Source of the DNA: Bilabrum cf. latius
Lineage: Eukaryota
Length of the DNA stretch: 64,000 nt
Assembly: GCA_965178125.1 (NCBI GenBank)
Contig: OZ237774.1
Span: forward strand, 496,001-560,000
Direction: 5' to 3'
Part shown: positions 47,467-58,434 of the stretch, one piece after another
Layout of the letters: each line of letters begins with the position of its first letter
How positions within the stretch are numbered: the first letter of the stretch is position 1
Notes under the pieces: model-generated
What the model was told of the DNA's origin: nothing
Databases searched by the model: none
Seen by the model: the letters and a program-made list of their open reading frames with translations, nothing else
Program-made: the position numbers and the translations under genes

Positions 47467-50400
47467 ATGGCTTCACCAAACGGTGTGTGGGGCCACGCAT
47501 TGACTGTTGCAGTCCGTAATCGTGGGCTTGAATCGGTAGTAGCTTCTAGGCTCTACCGCAGGGCGCTATCTAGGTGGCTTTCACAGCACCTGCGATTCGC
47601 CAGCGGGAGCTCCAAGCCGCCCAGTGAAACCACCAACACTGATTATGCATCCTCTGGTAATGCAGCCGCGGCGCGTACCCAAAGGGATGGCACCGAGGTC
47701 GTGGTCGCCTGGGGCAACGGGAGCCTTGGCAACCTGGGCCTCCCCGACTTCCTGTCCGCCACGCGAGCGGTGCCGCTTCCGCGATTGCTAAGCCTGCCAA
47801 GTATTCCTCTGCATGAATCTGCTCTATCTGGCGGGGCGGATGGGCGCGGCAGCAGCACTTTGATGGCTGGCCAGGACCCGATGGGCGAGCTGGACGGCGC
47901 GCAGTGGTCCCCGGATGCAATCGCGGAGGACATGGAGCACCAGGGACATGGTGGCTCTAGTGCGATGCAGCGCCGGCGATTCGTGGCATCCTCCAGCGGC
48001 TGGGGCCACTCGGTGGCTCTTGACGAGCACGGGGTGCCTTGGGTGGCGGGCCGGCCTCACGATTTCCTAAACACCTTGCGGCACATGCGCACGGCCCGCG
48101 GCACGACGCACATCGCGCGCTCCTCGCAGTGGCTCATGCAGCTGGCCACATCCACAGTGTTCCGCAAGGGCACGGAGCACGTGCCGCTGCTGCCGCTGCC
48201 GAGGTCCCTGCGTGGTGTGACGAGCGTCGGTGAGGGCGAGGTTGGTGTGACGAGCGGATCGGGCGGCGTGCAGAACAGTCCCCGTCGACTGGTGCAGGTC
48301 TCTTGTTCCCCGGGTGGCCTGACTCTGTTCCTTGACTCGGAGGGGGGCGTCTGGAGCGTGGGGTCCAATCTGCACGGCGAGTGCGGGATCGGGCAGCACA
48401 CGCTCAACGAGTATCGGCTGAGGCGGGTCAAGGGGGTGGGTCCTCTTCCCTGCGAGAGGGCGGCGAGGGCGCTGGGGAACAGAGCCCCTGGGAGGCTGGT
48501 GGCCAGGGCGGAGGAGGCGCGGGCCACTGCGGCTGCTGTGCGGGGCATGCAGGCGGCGTTCGTGGACGGGGAGGACGAGGATGAGGATGAATAGGGGAGT
48601 GAGGATGGGGAGGATGGGGAGGACGAGGAGGCGGGTCGGCTGGCATCCCGGCTGGGGCTGCAAGGGGGCATGGAGGTGGGCGAGCTCGTCACACCAGCGG
48701 ACCTGGTGGTGCAGTGGCCCGCGTGGGAGGGCAAGGACACGGTGCGGGCCATGGGGGAGGGAGGGGCGCTGCAGGAAGGGGGGGGCAGGGGGGCGGTTGC
48801 GAGCGCAATCGTGGGGATGTTGGGGGGAGGGGAGAGTAAAGGTAAAGGGGGCAGGGGCAAGCGCCGGGTGCACGATACTGCACGGGCAGATGAAGAAGAG
48901 GGGGAGGAGGAGGAGGCGCCCATCGACAGGCTGCTGCGTGAGAGGGGCGAGGCCGGTGACGCGGAGGCGGGGCGCGCGGGGAACAAGGAAGATGATGATG
49001 ATGATGATGAGGAGGAGGAGGGGGTGGAAGATTTGGCCGGTCTGCGGCTGGGAGGATCCGTGGGTCGGTGTGACGAGGACCTGCTGGTGGAGTACGAGAT
49101 GGGGGAGGACGGGGTGAGCGGGGCTCAGCTCCCCGGGCTGCCCACCACTAGTCCCCTAGGGGGGGGTTCGAACGAGGACAAGCCCCTGGAGCTGAGGGGG
49201 GACATGGTTGTTCCCCGGGGGTGGGACTTGACCCCTGCAGTGCAGGTGGCGGCGGGGTATTGCTTCGGGGTATGTCTCACCGCCGGGGGCAGGGTGCTGT
49301 CCTGGGGCAAGAACGGGAGGGGAGAGGCGGGGTGCGGGGACAGGGACCCGAGGGCCTATCCTGTTGCCATCGAGAGGGGGGGCCTCGAGGGGGACGTGGA
49401 CCTCAGGTCCGTTGAGTTCGTGCAGGTGGATGCTGGGTTCTAGCACGCTAGTGCCCTTGACAGCGAGGGCCGGGTCTGGACGTGGGGCCGGCTGCAGAGG
49501 GCGGAGCTGGGGGAGGACGAGGACGGGATCTACGACGACGAAGAGGAGGAGGAATGGGAAGAGGGGGGTGAGGGTGGCGATAGTGAGGATGGGCTGGGTG
49601 TGGGTGGGGGTGGTTGGGCCCTGGGCGAGTCAGCGGGTGCAGGGGGTGTGGAAGTGATCGAAGGCAGCAGGGGGCAGGAACAAGAGGCGGGGGGATAGGC
49701 GGTTGACGCTAGGTACAGGGGGGGGCAGGACTCCAAGTGGGTGGACGACCCGGAATCAAAAGGCCTGCTGGAGTCCGGTGTCGCGGAGGAGGACATGCTG
49801 TCCACTCGGCCGTTCAGCGAGGACTCCCTCTGGCCTAGGATGCTGAGGCTGGGGCCCAGGGAGCGGTTCGGGGTGCCTGCCATCGTGGCGTGCACGCACT
49901 CTAGCACGGCGATCCTCATGGTGAAGAAAGGCCCAGGCAGGGCGGGTCATGATGGACACGACCATGGTCAGGAGCGGGGGCAGGGTCGCGGACAAGGTGT
50001 GCACAAGGGGTCCCTGTGGATGTAGGGGCAGAGGGGGGCGGGCTGGGACTCGGATACTACCCGGCAGCAAACCGGAACAGAGGGGGCACCGCCCTCCACC
50101 TTCGAGGACGGGGCCCCACTCGTCACATCGGTGGCTCCACACCCGCTGCTTGTGCTCAGCTGGGGCGAGCTGGAGGCCCGGGCACTGGAGGTGGCGTGCC
50201 ACATGCTGCAGAACCAGCCAGTGGAGGGAGGGGCCGGGCCCAGCCTGGCGGTGGAGGGCGTCAGGTGGATGCAGGGGGGCTTGCACCACGTTTACCTGGG
50301 CGTGCGGGTGCGGGTGCGGGCGGCGGAGGCCGAGGGAAGCGAGGAGGGCGATAGGCGTGTGACGATTGCGATGCGGGCGGGCTGGCGGGGCGTAGTGGAG

Positions 50401-50748
50401 GCGGTGGAGCCTCTGTGGGGGCTGGACTGCCCGCGGGCGCCTGGACTGGGGTACATGAATGGGATAGGGGTTGTGTCGGGGAGGGAGGTGGCGGGGGCTC
50501 CCGCGGTGAGGGGGCGGCGGGTGAGGGGTGGGGCGGGGACGGGGACGGGCATGGGAGTGGGCGAAGAGGGGGTATCGCTAGACTAGGAGTCAGAAATCGA
50601 GGGGGAGAGCAGCGATGACGAGGACGAGGACGAGGACGAGGACGGTGTGCTGGCAGCAGCTGGCGTGCTGGAGGCACATGGGTCTGTGCTCCTGCGGTCA
50701 GCGCTGGACTGCCCCGAGGAGGAGTAGAGGTGGGTCTAGAGCACTTGA
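47467..50748 (+). CDS. RCC1-repeat protein, possibly mitochondrion-targeted (RCC1L-like); read with TAG=Gln
   Basis: RCC1 blades VVAWGNGSLGNLG, SSGWGHSVALD, VWSVGSNLHGECGIG, VAAGYCFGVCLTAGGRVLSWGKNGRGEAG and VDAGF[TAG]HASALDSEGRVWTWG. Seven in-frame TAGs; ends at TGA 50746-50748. Arg/Ser/Leu-rich N-terminus. Confidence 0.75.
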
Positions 50749-50870
50749 AATTGTGAACAGAATAGCAACTGAGCATCGTATTTGGCATACACTTGACTAG
50801 CACATAGTTCGTAGACTATTTGAACAACATTCGGCCATGCACTGCACTGCACTGCACCTCCCTGTCCCCC

Positions 50871-51488
50871 TTACGACCTCCCCAGGCCCCTTGCCGCCGC
50901 CCTAGACCTCACACTCGAGCCAGAGCCGGTCCCTGCCCCTGCCCCTGCCCCTGTTCTCCGTGGGGTGCTGCTGCCACTGCCCCCGCCCACACCAGCCCTG
51001 CGCACACCCCCCCCTCTCCCCGCACTCCGGGTTCGTGAAGCAGAAGCACTCGAGCCACTCCCCCCTCTTTCTGTTTCTCTTGCTTCCCCTCCTCCCCTGG
51101 TAGAGCGCGGTGTGCCCAGCAGGGGCGAGGGCGAGTCAGTGGTGAGACCCACGCCAAGCCCAGCACCCAGGGCACTCGTCACACCGCTAGCCGTGTGGAT
51201 CCGACGTAGCGGCCTCGTCTGCTGCCCGAGGCCGACAGAGCTCCCAGTGTGACGAGTGCTCCGTCGGCTGGCAGTCCGCCTCAGCCCCCCGGCAGCTGGG
51301 GATGCTCCCCTCGATGGCCCCCTCGGTGACGAGGCAGTGCCTGTGCCTGTGCCTGAGCCTGAGGCAGTGGCTGCCCTCTTCACCTTTTTCTTCTTCGATT
51401 TGACGCGCGTGCCCTTGGTCTTGCCCTTGGTCCTCGATGCAGGCCTCGGCCTCGACCTGTCGAAGCTGCCAACATCACCAACACCAAC

Positions 51489-51520
<32 letters not shown>

Positions 51521-54176
51521 CGCCCAACTCACCCATCGACTGCCCGCTGCTGTCCTGCAGCCCAATCCCGCTGGTGCCACTGCTTGCCATCCCATCCCCA
51601 TCCCCATCCCCATCCCCATCCCCATCTGTATACCTGTCCTCGCCTTCCTGTTCCTGGATCGTCTCGTCTACACCTGCACCCCCCCACCTCGCCCCCGCCC
51701 CCGTCCCAACCTGCTGCTGCTGCTGCTGCTGGCTTGCTCCGCCTCGTCCTTCCGCCAGGGTCTAGTCATGGACAGGCCCTGCCAGTCTGACCACGTCACG
51801 GGAGGGATCGATGGCACCTCCCGGGCCGCTGGTGCCAACATCTCTCGTCGCACCTCCCCTTCCACTCGTCACATCCACGGCTCGCTGCGCCGCCCTCCTC
51901 GCCATCTCTGCGGCTGCTCTCGCCTCAGCCACTGCCCCCCCAATGGCGGGCGCCAGTTTGCCCACCCCCTCCTCCAGCTCCTGGATCCTGCGCCGATCCA
52001 CGCTGGCCCCCGCCTGCAGCTCGTGGAGGGCCTCCCCCACGGCCGCGCTCACCTGCCCCTGGATGGACACCGGTGACACATCCTGCAGCCGGGTGGTGAC
52101 CCGCCGGTCCACCTCTCTGAGCCCCGTGATGACCCGCTCCTGCAGAGCCTGCTGCCGCCTGAGCCCGTCCTCCATCGTGGCCCGGAGAGCAGCCGCGCAA
52201 GCATCCGCAGACCCCTGCGCCCGCCCCGCCGCCTCCTTGGCCTCGTCCACCCCACGGGCCAGTCGAAGCCAGGGCGCCACTGCGCCTTCGTGCGATGCAC
52301 CCGCCGCCCCGGCACCCCTCTCGATCCCCTGCCCCTCCCCCCCCCTCCCCTCCCACTTCCCCCCCCGCCCCTCCCCAAGGCCTGCGCACCTCCTCCCACA
52401 GCCGCGACAGCCGGGACTCTGCCAGCCGCACCCGAGCCCCTAGTCCACGCAGCGAGGCACTAGAAGGCAACGATGATGATGATGATGATGATGACGTCTT
52501 ACCGCCTCCATGACCCCCAGCCCTGCTTGTGCCCTCATCACCCTAGCTATCATCCTCACCCTCACCCTCCTCCTCGCCCTTGCCCTTGCCCCCTTCTGTT
52601 TCCTGCCCGGCCTCGCCATCCCCCCCAAGCGCCCCATCAACCTTTTGCTCCAACCCCCTCAGCTAGGCACTGACCTCGGCCAGCCCCTGCCCCTGCTCCT
52701 GCAGCCGAGTTACTAGAGCCGAGAGAGTCTCTGCACCACCGTGCGATGCACTCCGCCAGCCCTCCCACTCGCCCCTCACAGCCCCGAGCCCCTGCTCAAG
52801 ACCCCCGACCCTGCCCTCCAGCTCGCCCCTCACTCCATCACACGCCTCCCTGCACCGCCCCAGCAGCTCCTCCCGCTGCCCCACAAGCCCTTCCTCCAGC
52901 GCAAGCACCCTCTGCAGCACCGGAGGCACATGCAAACTCCCGCCATCAACACCACCAGCCCCACCATGCTACGACCAATCGGCACGGCTCCCCACCGCAC
53001 TCGTCACACCTTTCATCCCCCCCTCCAGGGCCGCCAGCCTCTCCTCCAGGCCCGCCGCACGATCCTCCGCCGCTCTGGCCCGGCCCTCTGCCTCGTCAGC
53101 ACGGGCCATGGCCGCCTCTGCTGCCGCCCTCGCCCCCGCGATGCCCCGCCCTAGGGACTGCAGAGCAGCTGCGATCCCAGCACTCCCTAGGTCGACATCC
53201 CCCGGGCCACTCCCGTCTGCCCCACCAGCACCTCTTGTATCTCCTCTGTCTCCAGACTTGCCCATGCCCTCGCCACTGCCCATACCACTGCCCTCTGCCG
53301 CCCCGCTGCTCGCGAGGAGAGATGCGCTCGTCACACCACGCAATACCTACTCCCGCAGCTCCCGCAACTCACTCGTCACACCGGATATCCCCTCCCTGGC
53401 CCCTCCCTCCGCGCGCCCCACCGCCTCCATCGCTGCCTCCGCCCTCCCCCGAGCCTCCCGAGCTGCCTCCGCGGCCGACTGGGCCTCCTCCCGCGCGATC
53501 TGTCCCTGTTCCCCGGCCTCCTGCGCCGCTGCTCCCGCCCTCTTGGCCAGCCCGCGTACCGCCTGCACCACCCCAGCGGGCGCCAGCCGAGACACGGCTG
53601 CCTCCAGCGCGCCGCTCGCCTGCCGCTCCTGCGCCTCTAGCGCGGCCTTCAGCTGGCCCACCTGCTCCATGGCTTCCTCCACGGCGCGCTTCCTGTCCTT
53701 GGCTTCCTGCTCGCAAGCCGAGGATGCCGCAGATGCAGCTGTGCTCGCACCCTCGGCCGTCTTGCCGGCGGTCTCGGCCGCGCCCTGCGACACGCGGAGC
53801 AGCCGACCCAGAGCGAGCAGCGCTTCATCATGGTGAACAAGTCGGGACGAGTGCTCCGTCAGCTCCTGCCGGGTGCCGTCCGCTTCCAGACAAGCAGAAG
53901 TGACGCGGTCCAGCTGGGCCTCGAGGTAGGTGAGGTACGCGTTTCGGTCGGTAAGCAGCCGCCGCCTGTCCGCGATTTCAAGCTGCAAAATAATGTGTAT
54001 GTCCGCATTGCAGTGATCCGATATGTATCAGTTTGATGAATAAAAGGCAAACCACGAAGCGGTCGCAAGTGTTAGGGAGTGGAACAGCACTGCAAACTCA
54101 CATCCTTGCGTCTAGCGTACTACGCAGTATAACTTGGCTTTAAACTGCTCTCAATCGCATTGCGACCTTGCTTCAT
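50871..54176 (-). CDS. Hypothetical long coiled-coil protein, 2 exons, with one apparent frameshift in a G run near 52330-52375
   Basis: Exon 1 54176-54102, intron 54101-53983, then LEIADRRRLLTDRNAYLTYLEAQLDRVT followed by heptad-rich sequence. TAGs at 54120, 53347, 52969, 52663, 52543 and 51762. Ends at TAA 50871-50873. Confidence 0.65.
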
Positions 54177-54302
54177 TTATCCTTGCACTCCTTGGGACCC
54201 AGGTAGCGAGCCAACGTCCATAATCAAGACTTCTGGATAATCGAACGCAACTCGCAACCATCTGCAACTAGAATCTACTGAGCATTACGCAGCAAGGTGG
54301 TG

Positions 54303-56609
54303 ATGGAAGTAACAGATTTCCGTAAATCCAGTGGATCTGGTGCAGCAGGTGGAGCTGACGGAGGGAGCAAGTATGATAGCGCGCAAGCTGGGCAGGAGAG
54401 CATAGCAGCGCAAGCGATGCGGCTGGAATCGAGCATGAATGCGCAGGATGCCGCAGAGGGAGCAATAGTTGACGCTTCAGGAGATGTAGTTAGTGGTACC
54501 AAAGGGTCAGAATCAAATCATGGGGCTGGAGGTGGCCCAATCAAGGAATACAGGGAGGCCGAGCAGCAGTCTTGGGGAGTTGCGACGGCCAACCAAGGAT
54601 CGAAGAGCCCACAAAAGCGCAAAATTGTAATATCCGGTGCAGCTGCCGCTGCTGTGGGCAGCGTGGGGGGTGGGGCGGCGGTTGAGATGGAGGAGGAGGA
54701 TTCTAGCGCGGACGAAACCGACGGCCAGGACAAGCGAGACGAGCAGCAGGACGCGCCTGCGGGTGACAGCGGGGATGAGGGGAGCGACGAAGACGAGAAG
54801 AGAGAGCGCCAGCGGGTGACTGCGGTGCAAGGGGAGCGGAGGCAGGCGGCAGGGCGGGCGAGGGCAGCGGGGGGGCGGCGGTAGAATGATCGCAGCAGCG
54901 GGGGTGAAGGAACGTTCGTTAGTGAGGAAGGAACCTTAATTGAGGCGTTCAACTTGGACGAGGAGCGGCGACTAGGTCACTTCGATGGCAGTGGGGCCTT
55001 TGTGTGGGGGAAGCAGGGGCGGGGTGAGGCATCAAGGGCGCTTGCCACGGCGCGGGGGCGGGGGCGGGGGGCGGCAGGTGCTGATGACGGGGCGCGTGCG
55101 ATGGAGGACGGGCAGGATGAGGGGGAGGAGGAGGGGTTTGATGGCGACGACGAGAGCGGGGGCGAGATGGAGGCGGATGAGGCAGTGGAGGAGGCTGAGG
55201 CGATGGGTTTCCGGGGGATGAAGGGGAAGCGCGGGGGCGAGGGGGAGGAGGGTCTGGATGCAGAGGAGATGTGGATGCAGGAGGCGGAGCGGCAGCAGAG
55301 GCTAGAAGAGGGCAAGCGTAGGCGAGGTGGGGCGGAGGGGGGGGCAGCAGGAGACATTGTTCCCTAGGTGGGGCAGAAGAGGGGCAGGGACATGCAGGGC
55401 ACTGGAGGGGGCCAGGGGAACGGGCAGGATCAGCGCAGGGCCGTGGTGGTGGATGTGGACCGCGACCCGATGGGGGCGTTGAGGGCACTGGCGGGGGCGC
55501 TGCAGCAGGCGGAGAAGCTGTAGGCCGCGATTGCAAGGATCGATAGGGGGACAGCGGGGGCAGCTGTGGCGCCATCGAGGCGGGAGAAGAGGCGCATGGC
55601 GGCAGGAGTGGGGATGACGAGTGCCTCTGCTCGTGGGCTGACTGTGGCGGGGGGCCTGCGAGCCATGGGTGAGGGATCCAGGGGGGTTGGGCCTAAAGGC
55701 AAGGGCAAAGGCAAGGTGGATGGAGATGAAAGGCATGCCAAGAAACCGCGCTCTTCTGAACCGCATGGCGCGGGGTCGAACCCGGGTGCGAGTGAGGCCT
55801 TGCTGCGATAGAAGGAGGAGCTGCGGGCGGCTTGCAAGGTGCAGTTTGATCTTTTAACCGAGATTTCGTCTGCATTGGTGGAGGCTGAGACGGTGGCAGG
55901 CAGCGTGCAGGTGGGCGGTTGCTTTCAGTGGCGCGCAGGTGACGCCAGGCAGGCCATCGAGGCGGTGGCTGCGGCCTAGGGACAGGGAAGGCAGGGGCAG
56001 GGGCAGAGGAGTATGGCACAGGCATAGGCAGCAGCAGAGGCACAGCTGGCAGCACAGGTTTCATTGGATGACCCAGATGCAGTTCTGTGGGAGTACAGGA
56101 TGGCTGCTCCAGCGACTGCTGCACTCTCGTCTTCGTCTTCGTCTTCGTCTTCGTCTGCAGCTGCGAGTGCAGTGGAGGTGGAGGTGGAGGCACCTGTGTT
56201 CGGCCCCTTCACCTCCACGCAGCTGATGCAGTGGCAGAGACAGGGACACATGGCTGGGACGTGGTGCAGACGGGTGCAGGGGGCGGAGTGGGCGAGGCGG
56301 AAGCAGCTGGCGGTCGCGCGGCTGCAAGCGCATGGACAGGGGCAAGGCCAGGGGCAGGGGCAGGGGCAGAAGAGCAGCGATGCCGGCAATGGTGAGAGTG
56401 GTAGTGCTGGGGACTTGGCGGACGAGCTCGCTGCCGATTTGGAGGAAGAGCCGCCAGGTGAGACTGGCGGAGCAGACGGGGGGGCGGCTGGTGGTCAGAT
56501 CGGGGCAGTGCATCAGGTCGCGCTGGGCTTGGGGCCAAGGGACCGATAGGGCGGCAAATGGGCGCCAAGCGATGGAATCAACTTTAGAAAATGGGCTGCG
56601 CAGGAATAA
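54303..56609 (+). CDS. CD2BP2: U5 snRNP 52K protein CD2BP2/Lin1/Snu40 (C-terminal GYF domain); read with TAG=Gln
   Basis: EGTLIEAFNLDEERRLGHFDGSGAFVW, then VLWEYR...VFGPFTSTQLMQWQRQGHM, then terminal GGKWAPSDGINF. Seven in-frame TAGs (54882, 55365, 55521, 55809, 55977, 56025, 56547). Ends at TAA 56607-56609. Confidence 0.8.
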
Positions 56610-56882
56610 AGGAAGATTAAAAGCTGTACGCGCATAATATCGTGATTTCGTTTGAGCGAGCACTCGGCAAGAACGGGGATGATCTTGTCGAACTAATCGG
56701 CTAATCTTTGCGCTCAGACGGAACAAAAGGGGCCAATCCAACGTTAAGTACAAAATGATGCTCTCTTTGGCTTGCCAATTCTCAGTGCCGACTAAACGGT
56801 GGAGTGTTGCTCTCTGCTGGGTGATTATCTCGGTTGGAATGCACACAAACGAAACACAGAACATGGAAATGATGGTGTCGTT

Positions 56883-57215
56883 TCAACCCAGCTTCTGAAT
56901 CTTCTAAAATTCCCAAGGGTTTGCGCACAGAGGGCAAACGTCGTTGTTTTTGAGCCAGCGAGACACGCACTCCAAGTGGAAGCAATGGTTGCAAGCCCCC
57001 CACGCGATGTTGATTTCCTGGACACCGTTTGCCTGATTCTCGATGCTTGGCTCGTAAATTGAATTCCTGCAGATAGCACAGCGGTCCTGCTGCACGTTAT
57101 AACTCCAGAACGCGACCGCGTTCCACTTCTTGAGCTCGAACCTCAGCTTGTCATCTCCTCCACTCGCAGCACCGCCACTAGCCGCGCCGCCGCTAGCCGC
57201 CGATGCAGATGACAT
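56883..57215 (-). CDS. RBX1: RING-box protein Rbx1/Roc1 family
   Basis: RFELKKWNAVAFWSY...DRCAICRN...IAWGACNHCFHLECVSRWLK...CPLCANPWEF[TAG 56904-56906]KIQKLG. Ends at TGA 56883-56885. Confidence 0.9.
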
Positions 57216-57406
57216 GCCTGCAATGTTTTACAAAAGATCCAGTTAGACCTCGACAGTCAGCAGATTGGTGTAACAATGCTGCTAATATCACAAAATCGTG
57301 CTCACTAAAATCTTAATTGTACCGTGATGTCTGGGGTCAGTTCTGATTTAGTGCGATCGGATCGCCAGTGATTCCCAACAAAGGCATTACCCGAGGAGAG
57401 ACAGCC

Positions 57407-58076
57407 ATGTTCGTCCTGAAGAAGGACCGTCTGGCCATCTACAACTTTCTGTTCCAGAGTGAGACATTCCCATCAAAGTTTACTCGCTATGTTCATCAGG
57501 GGGGCTCCGCCATGCCCGCTTGATGTATCTGGTGATCCTGCACGGCGGCCCTCTTGCATAGCAAAGGCCCTGTCAACACCATGACTGCTGCATATGGTGG
57601 ATATATCATTTTAGTATGCATTGTGGTCATACTTAAGCCACGCGTCTGTGGCAGCGACACCGACAGCCTCTTATATTTATCTTGCCGTTCCTGTGAAACT
57701 CGCAGAGGGTGTGATGGTGGTGAAGAAGGATGCCAAGAAGCCCGAGCACGACCACGTTGCCGTCAAGAACGTCATTGTGATGAACATCTTGAAGAGCCTG
57801 AACTCCCGCGGCTTCGTGCGCGAGACTTTCAACTGGCAGTGGCGGTACTACTACCTGACCGACGCCGGCCTTGCTTTCCTGCGCAAGACCCTCGGCCTGG
57901 CTGACACCGTCAAGCCCGCCACCCACAAGGTGCGCAAGATCAAGACTGCCGCCGGCTTGGATGGCCCCCGCGGGCGCGGCCGCGGACGCGGTGGATTCGG
58001 TGGCTCCAGGGGCGGGTTCGGCGGCAGCCGAGGCGGTGCTTTCAGCAAGGTCGAGTCCAAGGAGACCCCTCAGTAA
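57407..58076 (+). CDS. RPS10: 40S ribosomal protein eS10, 2 exons
   Basis: Exon 1 57407-57458 (MFVLKKDRLAIYNFLFQ), intron 57459-57705, exon 2 (GVMVVKKD...LKSLNSRGFVRETFNWQWRYYYLT...PATH). Ends at TAA 58074-58076. Confidence 0.95.
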
Positions 58077-58434
58077 GCTGCATATGCACAAGCATGCAGC
58101 CATTTGCATGCTAAGATAGGGTTGACGATGATGACGGGTCTGGCGGGCGTAGCGGCATGATTTGCTGGGCGCTCCGCCGAGTGGGGTGGTTGTTGCGATT
58201 GCAGGAGCAGGGGCAGGCCTCAACGGGACTGTGCATGTTCCATAGAAAACGTATTTCGCAACTGCGGGGTTTTAGCTTCACATTTCGCATGCTACATGCT
58301 ATCAAATACGCAAGTCTCGTCACACCGACTCGGAGTGGTTCGAATCGGGCAACAGACAATTTCGCCTTGACCATAGGTATCCACTGGAAAGTGTGTAGCA
58401 TAGCTGTGACCCAGATTAGCTATAGTTATCAGGG

